A stretch of 32,000 bases of DNA from Alkalilimnicola ehrlichii MLHE-1 (GCF_000014785.1 NC_008340.1:1290001-1322000), one strand, 5' to 3'. Shown: positions 10,684 to 20,609, counted from the stretch's first letter. Translations and numbers: made by a program. The notes: generated by a model from the sequence alone, not told the origin.

Positions 10684-10881
10684 ATGGCGTTTCACACGCC
10701 GGACCCGAAGCTGCGTGCCGTGGAGCAGCGCAACGCCGAACTCCGTGCCCAGGCCTTCGCGGCGTGCTTCCGCTGGTTGAGGCGGGGCCTCAGCCGCGTC
10801 ACCGCCCGGATGCACAGGGCGGTCTCTGTCCGTGCCCGCAAGCGTGGGCGAGGGCGGAACGGCGCCGCCGGCGGGGCGTGA
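10684..10881 (+). CDS. Small basic hypothetical protein
   Basis: 65 aa MAFHTPDPKLRAVEQRNAELRAQAFAACFRWLRRGLSRVTARM...; GGAGG 5 nt upstream of the ATG. Confidence 0.45.
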   Translation: MAFHTPDPKLRAVEQRNAELRAQAFAACFRWLRRGLSRVTARMHRAVSVRARKRGRGRNGAAGGA

Positions 10882-10931
10882 CCGGCAAGGGCGATGGGCC
10901 CTGGGCTGGCGACACAACCACGAGGTGCCCG

Positions 10932-11297
10932 ATGGCGAATTCTAACGGCGTGGTCAGCGGCCCGCTCCCCTCCCGGCAGGATTACGTCCTGGAGGCCGTG
11001 CTAATGCTGTGCGCCATCTTACCGGTGATGGTGTCGTTGTACGTCAGCATGGCAACCGGTGAGGGGCACTGGTTTCAGCGCTCCGGGGCGCTGATGGTGC
11101 TCTTCTCCTTCGCTGTGGAGTTTCACCGCACGCGGGTCTTTGGGCGGGCGACGCAATGCGGCGATGACCAATGCGAGGTCGATGGGGCGACGATGCCGGC
11201 CCTGGCCCGGTTCTGGCGCTCGGTGCCCTACGCCTGTTATGCCTCCATTGTGCTGGGGACGTTGATCTGGAGCTACGGCGATCTCCTGTTCGGCTGA
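10932..11297 (+). CDS. Small membrane protein of unknown function
   Basis: 121 aa MANSNGVVSGPLPSRQDYVLEAVLMLCAILPVMVSLYVSMATG...YACYASIVLGTLIWSYGDLLFG; two or three predicted TM segments. The track ORF begins further upstream, but the internal ATG fits better. Confidence 0.55.
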   Translation: MANSNGVVSGPLPSRQDYVLEAVLMLCAILPVMVSLYVSMATGEGHWFQRSGALMVLFSFAVEFHRTRVFGRATQCGDDQCEVDGATMPALARFWRSVPYACYASIVLGTLIWSYGDLLFG

Positions 11298-11377
11298 ACT
11301 GGCAGATATTGGTCCGACAGCTACGGTTTATGGGCATACGGGCTCACTCCACCCGCTGTCACCGGAAACCACCGCGC

Positions 11378-12439
11378 ATGATCTTCTCCGACGAACTGTC
11401 CAAGACGCAGGATGCCACCGCCCGACTGTTCGAGGAGCTTTACGACCCCGCCTTTCTCATCGATGTGGACCACGGCTGTTTCGCCGGGGCGAATGCCGCC
11501 GCCTGCCGTTATCTGGGCTACAGCAGTGACGATTTCCAGCGGCTGACCCCGGCCGACATCCACCCGCATGAGATCCCACGGCTGCAGGCCTTTCTCGCCC
11601 AGGTGCGCCGGGAGGGCCGTTGGGTCGCGGACGATCTCTCCTGCCGGGCGCAGGGCGGCTCACTGCTGCCTGCCCAGGTCCGCGCCTCCTGTATACGGAT
11701 CGACAATCGGGAGTACATTCTCGCCATCGTGCGGGATCGCCAAGAGGAGCAACTGGCCGAGTTGGGCCGCTCCATCCGCAAGGTCACGCATGACCTGCGG
11801 AACACCATGGTGGCCTCCCAGTTGATGGGGGACCGGCTGGCGCGCCATCCCGACCCGCTGGTGCAACGCAGCGCGGAGATGATCCGCCGCTCGGTGCGGC
11901 GGTCGGTGCGCATGTGCGAGGCGATGCTGGAGGTGGGCAATGCCCGGGAACGAGCGCCGCAACTGGAGCGCTTCACCCTTGATGACGTGGTCGAGGAGGC
12001 CCGTGCGGCCATCGGTCCCGAGGAGGTGGCCCGGGCCTCACTGCAGGCGCCCGGTGCCGACGCCGTTGTCCTGGACGCCGATTTTGATCAGATCTTTCGC
12101 ATCCTGCTGAACCTGGTCCGCAACGCGGTGGCTGCCGGCGCCCGACAGATCCAGGTGCAGGGCGGCCAGCATGCAGATACCGTTTGGGTGGAGGTCGCGG
12201 ACGATGGTCCCGGTGTCCCGGATACGGTCCGTGATGAGTTGTTCGTGGAAAAGCGGACCGCGCCACGTTCCGGCGGCGCCGGTCTGGGTCTGGCCATCGC
12301 CTGGGAACTGGCGCGCAACCACGGCGGGGCGCTGACCCTGAAGGAGAGTGGCCCCGAAGGCGCGGTGTTCCGGCTCACGCTGCCGCGATCGGCCTCACCG
12401 GAAGCGGTCCTGGATAGGTTGCGTCAGTCCGAGGGCTGA
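11378..12439 (+). CDS. PAS-domain sensor histidine kinase
   Basis: PAS (LFEELYDPAFLIDVDHGCFAGANAAACRYLGYS), DHp-like VTHDLRNTMVASQLM, ATPase NLVRNAVAAGA...VADDGPGVP...GAGLGLAIAWELARNHGG. Confidence 0.85.
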   Translation: MIFSDELSKTQDATARLFEELYDPAFLIDVDHGCFAGANAAACRYLGYSSDDFQRLTPADIHPHEIPRLQAFLAQVRREGRWVADDLSCRAQGGSLLPAQVRASCIRIDNREYILAIVRDRQEEQLAELGRSIRKVTHDLRNTMVASQLMGDRLARHPDPLVQRSAEMIRRSVRRSVRMCEAMLEVGNARERAPQLERFTLDDVVEEARAAIGPEEVARASLQAPGADAVVLDADFDQIFRILLNLVRNAVAAGARQIQVQGGQHADTVWVEVADDGPGVPDTVRDELFVEKRTAPRSGGAGLGLAIAWELARNHGGALTLKESGPEGAVFRLTLPRSASPEAVLDRLRQSEG

Positions 12440-12454
12440 GGATACTCCGGGGCA

Positions 12455-12494
12455 CTGTCACCGGATGGTCATGAATCGGTCACGTCGGCGTCAG
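12455..12494 (+). promoter_or_regulatory. Putative tandem Pho box (PhoB binding) upstream of pstS
   Basis: Four 7-mers at 11-bp spacing: CTGTCAC-CGGA-TGGTCAT-GAAT-CGGTCAC-GTCG-GCGTCAG. This matches the CTGTCAT + 4-bp spacer architecture of Pho boxes, about 60 bp upstream of the pstS start. Confidence 0.65.
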
Positions 12495-12554
12495 ATGCGC
12501 TTCCCATACTCCGTTCTGCGTTAACCGCCATCGTTTGATCGGAGTGATGAACTT

Positions 12555-13514
12555 ATGTGGAAGCAAAGCTGCATCGCCGGCCTGGCCGGAACCGTTTTTG
12601 CCGTCGGCGCCGCGGGTGCTGCCGAGGTGGATCCGAACCTGCCCAAGTACGAGCGGGTTTCCGGTATCTCCGGCAACCTCTCCAGTCAGGGCTCCGACAC
12701 CCTGAACAACCTGATGACCCTCTGGGCCGAGACCTTCAACGAGTTTTACCCCAACGTCTCCATTGAGATCGAGGGCGCCGGCTCCAGCACCGCCCCGGTG
12801 GCGCTGGCCGAGGGCACCGCCCACTTCGGCCCCATGAGCCGCTCCATGCGTGACTCCGAAATCCAGGCCTTCGAGGACGCCCACGGCTACGAGCCTACCC
12901 TGGCGCGGGTGGCCATCGACGTGCTGGCCGTCTACGTCAACCGCGACAACCCCATCGAGGGGCTGACCATCGAGCAGGTGGACGGTATCTTCTCCGAGAC
13001 CCAGCGCTGCGGTGGTGGGAACATCACCCGCTGGGGTCAGGTGGGGCTGACCGACGAGTGGCAGAACCGCGACTTCACCCTCTACAGCCGCAACGCCGTC
13101 TCCGGCACCTACGGCTACTTCCGCGAGCACGCCCTCTGCGACGGTGACTTCAAGGACAGCATCAACGAGCAGCCGGGCTCCGCCTCGGTGGTGCAGGGCG
13201 TGACCGAGTCCCTGAACGGGATCGGCTATTCGGGCATCGGCTACCAGACCTCCGGCGTGCGGCCCATTCCGCTCGGTCGCGACAGTGAGCTGTTCGAGCC
13301 CAGCGCGGAGAACGCGGTGACCGGCGATTACCCGCTGGCCCGGTTCCTGTACGTCTACGTCAACAAGCACCCTAACGAGGAACTGCCCCCGGTGGAGCGG
13401 GAGTTCCTGCGCATGATCTACACCCAGCAAGGGCAGGACGTGACCGTTCGGGACGGGTTCATCCCGCTGCCGGCGGCCGCTGCCGAGCGGGAGATGGAGC
13501 GGCTGGGGCTGTAA
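12555..13514 (+). CDS. pstS: Phosphate ABC transporter substrate-binding protein PstS
   Basis: 319 aa, signal peptide, VSGNLSSQGSDTLNNLMTLWAETFNEFYPNVSIEIEGAGSSTAPVALAEGTAHFGPMSRSM..., SRNAVSGTYGYFREHALC. Confidence 0.9.
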   Translation: MWKQSCIAGLAGTVFAVGAAGAAEVDPNLPKYERVSGISGNLSSQGSDTLNNLMTLWAETFNEFYPNVSIEIEGAGSSTAPVALAEGTAHFGPMSRSMRDSEIQAFEDAHGYEPTLARVAIDVLAVYVNRDNPIEGLTIEQVDGIFSETQRCGGGNITRWGQVGLTDEWQNRDFTLYSRNAVSGTYGYFREHALCDGDFKDSINEQPGSASVVQGVTESLNGIGYSGIGYQTSGVRPIPLGRDSELFEPSAENAVTGDYPLARFLYVYVNKHPNEELPPVEREFLRMIYTQQGQDVTVRDGFIPLPAAAAEREMERLGL

Positions 13515-13555
13515 CCGCCAGACGGTCTGAATGGGCCAGGGAAGGGCCCGGGGAC

Positions 13556-13589
13556 GGGGGCGACACTCGAGAGAGTGGCGCCCCCTTTT
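13556..13589 (+). terminator. Rho-independent terminator after pstS
   Basis: GGGGGCGACACTC-GAGA-GAGTGGCGCCCCC followed by TTTT: 13-bp stem with one mismatch. Confidence 0.8.
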
Positions 13590-13606
13590 GCGATCAAAGA
13601 CGTCGC

Positions 13607-14704
13607 TTAAAAGACGTAAAGCATCCCGGCGGACACCCCCCACTGGTTGTTGCCGTCCGCCACCTCCAGCATGCGGCTGCGGCTGCTGTCAGGCCCGGGT
13701 GGCGGGGCATGGGACTGCCCTGCCACGCTACGGCCGGCCAGATCCCCGTTGCGGACCTGGGCGTAATTCAGATACACCCGGGCCCGCGGATTCATCGCAT
13801 GCTCCACACCCACGGTGTAAAGGGTGGAGTCATGGTCACTGCCGCGGTCGTCGTCGAAGTGCGCGACCTGCCCCTGGAGTTCGAGGCCGGGTGCGACCCG
13901 GTAGCCCAGGCCGAGAAGGCCGGCGCGGGCATCCCGGTCCCCCCGTCCAGATATGTGTTGGTGGTCCTGGACAATGGCGACCAGGTTGATGGCCCCTTCG
14001 CGGTATTGCGCGAGCAGCTGGCGGGTCGTCTGGCTACGATCGCCGTTGGCGAAGTTGCCGGAACGGCTGTGAACACAGCCGGCGGCCAGCTGAAAGGCGG
14101 GTTGTTGCCAGCGCACCATCCAGGAACCGGTCTGGGCACTGGATTCACCCTGTGCCGGGGTGCCCATGAGTGTGGCGCTCAGGCCCTGCCATTCCGGTGT
14201 GGTGTAGTCGATCGCATTGCTGTGCCGGCGCAGGTGGCCGGGGGCGTCTGCCGCGCCGATGGTGTCCTCCCAGGTCACGCCGGCACCGGCAATCAGGTTG
14301 CCGGGGTCACCCAGTCGGGCGGTGAAGAACTGGGTGCGGTCGGTCAGGGCCTTGAGGGGGCCGTCCAGGTTGCCCCCACGGACGGTGCCGTAGGGCCCGC
14401 TCAGGCCCAGAAAGCTGTGGCGGCTGCGGCGGAAGAGCCCCGAGCCGCCTTCCGTGGCATTGACTTCAGTTTCGTACTGGAAGAGGGCACGGGTGTCGGC
14501 GGACAGGGCGGTGCTGCCCCGGATGCCCAGGCGGGACTGATTGGTGGAGAGGAACTGGCTGTCGCTCTCGCGGTTGTCCAGGTGATCCAGCGACAAATGG
14601 AGCACGGCGTAGACATCTACCGATGGATCGGCGGCATTAGCCGTCCATGCCAGTGGGGCGAGAAGGGCTAGACCGGTGACCCGGGCGAGTAATCTGCGTT
14701 TCAT
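13607..14704 (-). CDS. Gram-negative (trimeric-type) porin
   Basis: MKRRLLARVTGLALLAPLAWTANAADPSVDVYAVLHLSLDHLDN...SRLGIRGSTAL...RRSRHSFLGLSGPYGTVRGGNLDGPLKALTD, C-terminal NNQWGVSAGMLYVF. The track start at 14734 is a TTG; the internal ATG at 14704 gives a canonical signal peptide. Confidence 0.85.
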   Translation of the reverse strand: MKRRLLARVTGLALLAPLAWTANAADPSVDVYAVLHLSLDHLDNRESDSQFLSTNQSRLGIRGSTALSADTRALFQYETEVNATEGGSGLFRRSRHSFLGLSGPYGTVRGGNLDGPLKALTDRTQFFTARLGDPGNLIAGAGVTWEDTIGAADAPGHLRRHSNAIDYTTPEWQGLSATLMGTPAQGESSAQTGSWMVRWQQPAFQLAAGCVHSRSGNFANGDRSQTTRQLLAQYREGAINLVAIVQDHQHISGRGDRDARAGLLGLGYRVAPGLELQGQVAHFDDDRGSDHDSTLYTVGVEHAMNPRARVYLNYAQVRNGDLAGRSVAGQSHAPPPGPDSSRSRMLEVADGNNQWGVSAGMLYVF

Positions 14705-14883
14705 TGTGCGGGCTCTCAGCAGCGACCTGATCAAGTGGAGGGCATAAATATGGCAACGAAGCTATATCGTAATAACCAAAGAGAATATAACAAAAAAGGA
14801 ATGTACGGATCAAACCGGGCCACCCCGAGGGCTCGGCGAGGGGGGAGGATGGGGCCGTTCAGAGGGGTGCCGTGGTCATCGTT

Positions 14884-15636
14884 CTATTCATTCCCGGTCT
14901 GGTCGGCCTGCGTTGAGGGTTTGCTCACCTCCCGAGGCAGCAGCCGGGCGTATTCGCGCCTCACGACCTCGTAGCACTCGCAGACGCGACGCTCGAGCCC
15001 GGCCCGGTCGAGGATGGAAATATGCCCACGGTGATAGCTGATCAGCCCCGCCTTTTTCAGGTTGTTGGCGGCTTCCGTGACGCCCTCCCGGCGCACCCCG
15101 AGCATGTTGGCGATGAGCTCCTGCGTCATGATCAGCTCGGTGGACTGAAGGCGATCCTGGCTCAGTAACAGCCAGCGGCAGAGCTGCTGATCCAGGGTGT
15201 GATGCCGGTTGCAGACAGCGGTCTGCGCCATCTGTGTCAGCAGGGCCTGCGTGTAGCGCAGCAGAAGGTGCTGCATGGGGCCCCCACGGTGGAATTCGGC
15301 TTTCAGGGCACGCCCGGTCAGTCGATAGGCGTGTCCCGCGGCCTGCACCACCGCTTGGCTGGGGGTTGTTTCACCCCCCATAAACAACGAGACCCCAACG
15401 ATCCCTTCATTGCCCACCACCGAGGTCTCCGCCGAACTGCCGTCTTCCATGAGGCAGAGCAGTGACACGATGCAATCCACCGGGAAGTAGACGTGCTTCA
15501 TCTCCTTGTTCGGTTCGCACAAGGACTCGCCCAGGGTGAGGGAAACCGGTTCCAGATGGGGGCTGAGGCGTGCGAAATCGCTCGCGGGGAGGGCTGCGAG
15601 TAACCGGTTGAGTTGCGCGCGCTGTAATACCTGCAT
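14884..15636 (-). CDS. Crp/Fnr family transcriptional regulator
   Basis: Cyclic-nucleotide-binding-like fold (VYFPVDCIVSLLCLMEDGSSAETSVVGNEGIVGVSLFMGG) and HTH (TQELIANMLGVRREGVTEAANNLKKAGLISYHRGHISILD). Confidence 0.88.
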   Translation of the reverse strand: MQVLQRAQLNRLLAALPASDFARLSPHLEPVSLTLGESLCEPNKEMKHVYFPVDCIVSLLCLMEDGSSAETSVVGNEGIVGVSLFMGGETTPSQAVVQAAGHAYRLTGRALKAEFHRGGPMQHLLLRYTQALLTQMAQTAVCNRHHTLDQQLCRWLLLSQDRLQSTELIMTQELIANMLGVRREGVTEAANNLKKAGLISYHRGHISILDRAGLERRVCECYEVVRREYARLLPREVSKPSTQADQTGNE

Positions 15637-15922
15637 GGACGGTTATCCCTTTACCAACGGTGAGTCGCGCTGGGGCAGTGCCAGAGCGGGCCACCCTCAA
15701 CGCCTCTCGACAGGATAGGATAGGGGGCCTTCCCTGCCGCACCCAACAGGCCGGGGGCGATGCCCCGCGGCTGCGTGTCCGCCAGGCTTGGCGGTGTCGA
15801 ACCGCTACTCAGACCCTCTGTTCGCTAGCACACATAGCGCCGCCCGATTCCTCGTGGAGCGCACAGACGTTATACCCTGTCCGGGCGCATCCTCCGGTCG
15901 TCGAGACTGCAGGAGTCCCTCC

Positions 15923-17407
15923 ATGAAGTTCAAGGATAGTGAGACCCCGCGGCCGCGCCAGCACCCCGAGGCCATTCGGGAGCAGGGGACAGCTCCCCAG
16001 GTGATCGACGGCGCCTTCCCTGACCGGGAGATGGTGGCACGGGCCGCGACCAATGGACTCTATCATGGGCGAGGGCCACTGGTGAGCGGGCGAGCGCTTA
16101 CGCCAGTGGCCACACCGGTGGCGGCCGATCCGGTGTCGATCCTCCTCCTGGGCCTTGATCCCGCAACGGCGGCCAGGGTCATGGCGGTGGTCGCCACTCA
16201 CTTCGGCCAGCCCTTCGACATGGTATCGCGTGCCATTGATGCAAGGGCGATCCGTGCCGCGGACATCGTGCTCTTCGACGTGGCCGTTCCGGACTACGCG
16301 ATCAGTCAGGCACAACTCGCTGCCCCCGAGGCACTGATCCTGCCGTTGGACGGGGGCCGGCTGGAAGGGGATAGCTGGCTTCCCGCCATCCTCCGCCACG
16401 TCGCCCGGCAAAAGGCCGTGGAATCGGGCCGGCAGGTGGCGGAGGAGGCGTTGTTCCAGAAAGCGGAGCGTGCCCGTGTCACCCTGGAATCCATCGGCGA
16501 CGCCGTGCTGGTGACGGACAGCCTGGGCTATGTGACGTATCTCAACCCGGTGGCGGAAACCCTCACCGGCTGGTCGCGGGACGAGGCCTCCGCCCAGCCT
16601 CTGGCGACCGTCTTCAAGATCGTGGACGGGGCCGCCGGCGAGTTCGCGCTGAACCCTGCGGTTACTGCGATGAACGAAGACAGAACCGTCGGGCTGGTGG
16701 CCAATTGCATCCTGCTGCAACGCGATGGCGGCAGCATCGGCATCGAGGACTCCGCGGCACCGATCCATGATCGTAACGGCCGGGTCACCGGTGCGGTCAT
16801 CGTCTTTCGCGATGTCAGTCTGTCGCGCTCGGTGACCCAGAAGATGGCCTATCTGGCTCACCATGACAGCCTGACCGGGTTGCCCAACCGAGCGCTGCTC
16901 GCGGAACGGCTTGGCCGGGCCCTGGGGGCCGCCCGCCGCCATGACCGGCAACTCGCCCTGCTGTTTCTGGATCTGGATCACTTCAAGCGCATCAACGACA
17001 CCATGGGCCATGATATCGGCGACCACGCCCTCCGCGGGACCGCCTATCGGCTTTCGGACTGTGTCCGCGAGACCGATACCGTGAGCCGTCTCGGGGGTGA
17101 CGAATTCGTGGTTCTGCTCGAGGAGATCGATAGCCCGGACGATGCGGCGCACATCGCGGAAAAAGTGCTGGCGGCCATCACGGCGCCGCTGCATGTGGGT
17201 GACCACACCCTGCAGGTCTCCGCCAGCATCGGCATCAGTATCTTTCCCCAACACGGTGCGGATGCCGAGACCCTCCACCAACGGGCCGATGCCGCCATGT
17301 ACCAGGCAAAGGCAAAGGGCCGGGCGGGCTACCAATTCTTCCAGGCCGATCCGGAGGGTGAAGCGGGAGTGCCGCATTCCGGCAATTCGACAAAGCGCGT
17401 AGGATAA
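15923..17407 (+). CDS. PAS-GGDEF diguanylate cyclase
   Basis: RVTLESIGDAVLVTDSLGYVTYLNPVAETLTGWSRDEA and GGDEFVVLLEEIDSPDDAAHIAEKVLAAI...SIGISIFPQHG. ATG at 15923 is preceded by AGGAG; the track start is upstream. Confidence 0.88.
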   Translation: MKFKDSETPRPRQHPEAIREQGTAPQVIDGAFPDREMVARAATNGLYHGRGPLVSGRALTPVATPVAADPVSILLLGLDPATAARVMAVVATHFGQPFDMVSRAIDARAIRAADIVLFDVAVPDYAISQAQLAAPEALILPLDGGRLEGDSWLPAILRHVARQKAVESGRQVAEEALFQKAERARVTLESIGDAVLVTDSLGYVTYLNPVAETLTGWSRDEASAQPLATVFKIVDGAAGEFALNPAVTAMNEDRTVGLVANCILLQRDGGSIGIEDSAAPIHDRNGRVTGAVIVFRDVSLSRSVTQKMAYLAHHDSLTGLPNRALLAERLGRALGAARRHDRQLALLFLDLDHFKRINDTMGHDIGDHALRGTAYRLSDCVRETDTVSRLGGDEFVVLLEEIDSPDDAAHIAEKVLAAITAPLHVGDHTLQVSASIGISIFPQHGADAETLHQRADAAMYQAKAKGRAGYQFFQADPEGEAGVPHSGNSTKRVG

Positions 17408-17472
17408 AAGCAGACGGGGGTGCCGGCAAAGCGTTTGCCGGGTGAACCACCGGAGCTTTGGGAGGCTGAACG

Positions 17473-18054
17473 ATGTCTGGTGACCTGTCAGAGGAAGGGC
17501 GGCTGCGCCTTGCAGCCGAGCGCAAGCTCGCGTCTGGCACAGCGCCGCCGGCCAACGGGTGGACGGTCAGCGTCGATGCCCTCGGGATGCTCTATCGGCT
17601 CGCCAGCGCTCCGGGCAGTGCCGATGAGGCACTCAAACTCTTGCACGAACTGCAGGTCCACCAGGTGGAACTTGATTTGCAGCAGGAGCAGCTGGTCGCT
17701 GCCGAGCGCGAGGCAGAGGCGGCCCTCAACCGCTATCAGACCCTATACGAATATGCCCCCGTGGCCTACTTCGTGGTGGATCATTCAGGCACCATCATGG
17801 ATGTGAATCGCGCTGGGGCCGGCCAGGTGGGTGGGTGCCCCATCGGCCGTGCCTTCAGCGAGGTACTTGCGTCGGAGAGTCGGCCGGCCGTGCAGGATCT
17901 GTTCGCGGCACTGGGGGAGGAAGGCGACGAAGCCACCTGTCGCGTGCGGTTGGCGCAGGACGAAGGCCCGGTCAATCTGGTGGCGGCGGTGGCCCCCGGG
18001 GGCGACCTGGTGCTGATCACTGTGTCCAACGAGTCGGGATCCCGTGAGTCTTGA
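17473..18054 (+). CDS. PAS-domain protein upstream of the CheB/CheR fusion
   Basis: 193 aa; coiled-coil LLHELQVHQVELDLQQEQLVAAEREAEAALNRYQTLYEYAPVAYFVVDHSGTIMDVNRAGA. Confidence 0.75.
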   Translation: MSGDLSEEGRLRLAAERKLASGTAPPANGWTVSVDALGMLYRLASAPGSADEALKLLHELQVHQVELDLQQEQLVAAEREAEAALNRYQTLYEYAPVAYFVVDHSGTIMDVNRAGAGQVGGCPIGRAFSEVLASESRPAVQDLFAALGEEGDEATCRVRLAQDEGPVNLVAAVAPGGDLVLITVSNESGSRES

Positions 18055-20609
18055 CCCTTCGCAACGCCAACACCAATCTGCCCGGCATCGTCGGTCTGGG
18101 CGCGTCAGCCGGTGGGCTCACCGCGCTTGAGGCCTTTTTCGCCCATGCACGGCCTGGGCGCGGTCTGGCCTATATCGTCGTCCAGCACCTTGATCCAACC
18201 CACAAGGCCCTGCTGCCCCAGCTCTTGCAACGGGTGACCGCCATGCCCGTGCGGGAGGCGGAGCACGGCCTACCCGTGGCGGCCGACCACGTTTATGTGA
18301 TACCCCCGAACACCGAACTGACCCTGGCGGGCGGCGCACTGCATCTGGCCAAGCCCATGGAGCCCCGGGGTATGCGGTTGCCCGTCAACGTGCTGTTCGC
18401 CTCCCTGGCGAGCGCACTGGGGGGGCGCGCCATCGGGGTGGTCCTCTCCGGCATGGGCTCGGACGGCACCCTGGGCATGCAGGAGATCAAGGCGGTGGGT
18501 GGACTGACGCTGGCCCAGGACCCTGACAGCGCCCAGTTCGACGCCATGCCGCGAAGCGCGATCAACGCCGGATGCGTCGACATCATCGCACCGGCGGATA
18601 CCCTGGCGACGCGCATTCAGGCCTATGTCGACCAGGTGACCGCCCCGGTGCTACCCGGTGATGAGGACGAGAGCCCCGCGGCCCCGCCGCAACCGCTGGC
18701 GCGCATCGTCGGGCTGCTGCTGCGCCACACGCGACATGACTTCTCGCTGTACAAGACCAGCACCCTGCACCGGCGGATCGAGCGACGCCAGGCCGTCCAC
18801 GGCATCAACTCGCTGGCCGGGTACGCGGACTTTCTTGAGAACAACCGGCAGGAGATCGACCTGCTGTTCAAGGAACTGCTGATCGGGGTCACCCGCTTCT
18901 TCCGTGACCCGGAGGTCTGGGACTATCTGGTAGAGACGGCGCTTCCGGCCCTGCTCGAACGATGCGGCACTGCGCGGCCGCTGCGGGCCTGGGTGGTGGG
19001 GTGCTCCACCGGCGAAGAGCCCTACTCGCTGGCGATCGCCCTGCGGGAGGCGGCAGAGCGCTTGCCCCATCCCGCCGACTTCGCGCCGCAGATCTTCGCC
19101 TCGGACCTCAGCCCCGATGCCATTGCCACTGCACGCCGGGGCGAGTACCCGTTGTCCATCGCCGATGCCGTCACGGCGGACCGCCTGGAACGGTTCTTCC
19201 GCCAACACGAGGCCCACTATCAGGTGAACGCTGACATTCGCGATCAGGTGCTGTTCGCGCAGCACGACGTGGTGCTGGACCCGCCCTTCACCCGGCTCGA
19301 CCTGGTCGTCTGCCGGAATCTGCTCATCTACTTCGATGCGGCCTTGCAACGCAAGTTGATTCCGTTGTTCCACTATTGTCTGCGGCCCGATGGCCTCCTG
19401 GTGCTGGGCAGCGCCGAAACCGTGGGGCGGCAAACCCATCTCTTCGAGCCCGTGCAATCGGCCTTGCGGATTTATTCACGACGGGACACGCGTTCCGTTG
19501 AGAGAATCGATTTTCTGCTAAACGCCTTCCCGCCATTGACCCGGACAACGCAGGAGCATTCCGTGTCCACGCCGAACCTACCCGCCGACAAGGGCGACGA
19601 TCTGAAGGCCGCCGCCGACCATGTGCTGCTCCAGGTCTATGCACCGGCCGCAGTCCTGTTAAACCCTGAGGGCGACATCGTTTACATCAGTGGCCGCACC
19701 GGGAGGTATCTCGAGCCCGCGGCGGGCAAGGCCAACTGGAATATCCATGCCATGGCGCGCCCCGGCCTTCGGGCACCGCTCGCCCGGGCGTTGAAACAGG
19801 CCAACGAGCAATTGGAACCGGTGCACCTTCACGGCCTCGCCCTGACCGAGACGGAAAAGGGCCTGACCCTGGACATTACGGTGCAGTCCTTTCGGGAGCC
19901 AACCGCCCTGCAGGGCATGACCATGGTGGTCTTCCGGGAGGTGACCCCTCAGCGGACTGCGCAGGGGCAAGAGGGCAGCCAGAGCGCAGCCGACGCCGCC
20001 CATGAGGCCGAACTGCAACAGTATCGCGACGAAATCATCGCCCTGCGTGAGGAGGCCCGGGTATCGCGGGACGCGCTTCAGTCCTCCAACGAGGAATTGC
20101 AATCGACCAACGAAGAGCTGCAGTCGACCAACGAGGAGCTCACCACGTCGAAGGAAGAAATGCAGTCCATGAACGAGGAGCTGCAAACGATCAACAGCGA
20201 ACTGCAGGCGAAACTGGACGACCTCGCCTTGGCCCAGAGCGATATGCAGAACGTCCTCAACAGTATCGAGATCGCCATTCTGTTCCTGGACCAGGACCTG
20301 AACGTGCGGCGCTACACCGAGCGGGCGTCCACCATTTTCAGTTTGCGTGAAAGCGATATCGGCCGTCCCCTGAGTGACCTGACCACCACCCTCGACTACC
20401 CGACACTACACGAAGACGCGGCGGAAACCCTGCGTACACTGGAGGCTTCGGAGAAGCAGATCCTGGCCTCCGACGGGCGCTGGTTCTCAGTCCGCGTCAT
20501 TCCGTATCGCAGGCTGGATAACGTGATCGACGGTGTCGTCATCACCCTGTTCGACATTACCGAAACGAAAACGCTGGAGAAGGCCCTGCGCCGGGAATCG
20601 CGGTCCTAG
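18051..20609 (+). CDS. Fused CheB methylesterase-CheR methyltransferase-coiled-coil-PAS protein
   Basis: CheB (VGLGASAGGLTALEAFF, VVLSGMGSDGTLGMQEIKAVGG), CheR (VGVTRFFRDPEVW-type, SCSTGEEPYSLAI, RNLLIYFD), coiled coil LQSSNEELQSTNEELQSTNEELTTSKEEMQSMNEELQTINSEL, C-terminal PAS. TTG start overlaps the previous stop. Confidence 0.92.
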   Translation: MTLRNANTNLPGIVGLGASAGGLTALEAFFAHARPGRGLAYIVVQHLDPTHKALLPQLLQRVTAMPVREAEHGLPVAADHVYVIPPNTELTLAGGALHLAKPMEPRGMRLPVNVLFASLASALGGRAIGVVLSGMGSDGTLGMQEIKAVGGLTLAQDPDSAQFDAMPRSAINAGCVDIIAPADTLATRIQAYVDQVTAPVLPGDEDESPAAPPQPLARIVGLLLRHTRHDFSLYKTSTLHRRIERRQAVHGINSLAGYADFLENNRQEIDLLFKELLIGVTRFFRDPEVWDYLVETALPALLERCGTARPLRAWVVGCSTGEEPYSLAIALREAAERLPHPADFAPQIFASDLSPDAIATARRGEYPLSIADAVTADRLERFFRQHEAHYQVNADIRDQVLFAQHDVVLDPPFTRLDLVVCRNLLIYFDAALQRKLIPLFHYCLRPDGLLVLGSAETVGRQTHLFEPVQSALRIYSRRDTRSVERIDFLLNAFPPLTRTTQEHSVSTPNLPADKGDDLKAAADHVLLQVYAPAAVLLNPEGDIVYISGRTGRYLEPAAGKANWNIHAMARPGLRAPLARALKQANEQLEPVHLHGLALTETEKGLTLDITVQSFREPTALQGMTMVVFREVTPQRTAQGQEGSQSAADAAHEAELQQYRDEIIALREEARVSRDALQSSNEELQSTNEELQSTNEELTTSKEEMQSMNEELQTINSELQAKLDDLALAQSDMQNVLNSIEIAILFLDQDLNVRRYTERASTIFSLRESDIGRPLSDLTTTLDYPTLHEDAAETLRTLEASEKQILASDGRWFSVRVIPYRRLDNVIDGVVITLFDITETKTLEKALRRESRS

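Noticed and set aside
12480-13643. 387-aa minus-strand ORF opposite pstS
   Set aside because: Antisense of pstS that would also read through the putative Pho box and terminator; no domain evidence.
14735-14974. 79-aa plus-strand ORF MEGINMATKLYRNNQREYNKKG...
   Set aside because: Lies in the AT-rich promoter region of the divergent porin and continues into non-protein-like, Arg/Ser-rich sequence; no support.
15809-17377. 522-aa minus-strand ORF opposite the PAS-GGDEF gene
   Set aside because: Antisense to clear PAS and GGDEF motifs; no recognisable domains of its own.
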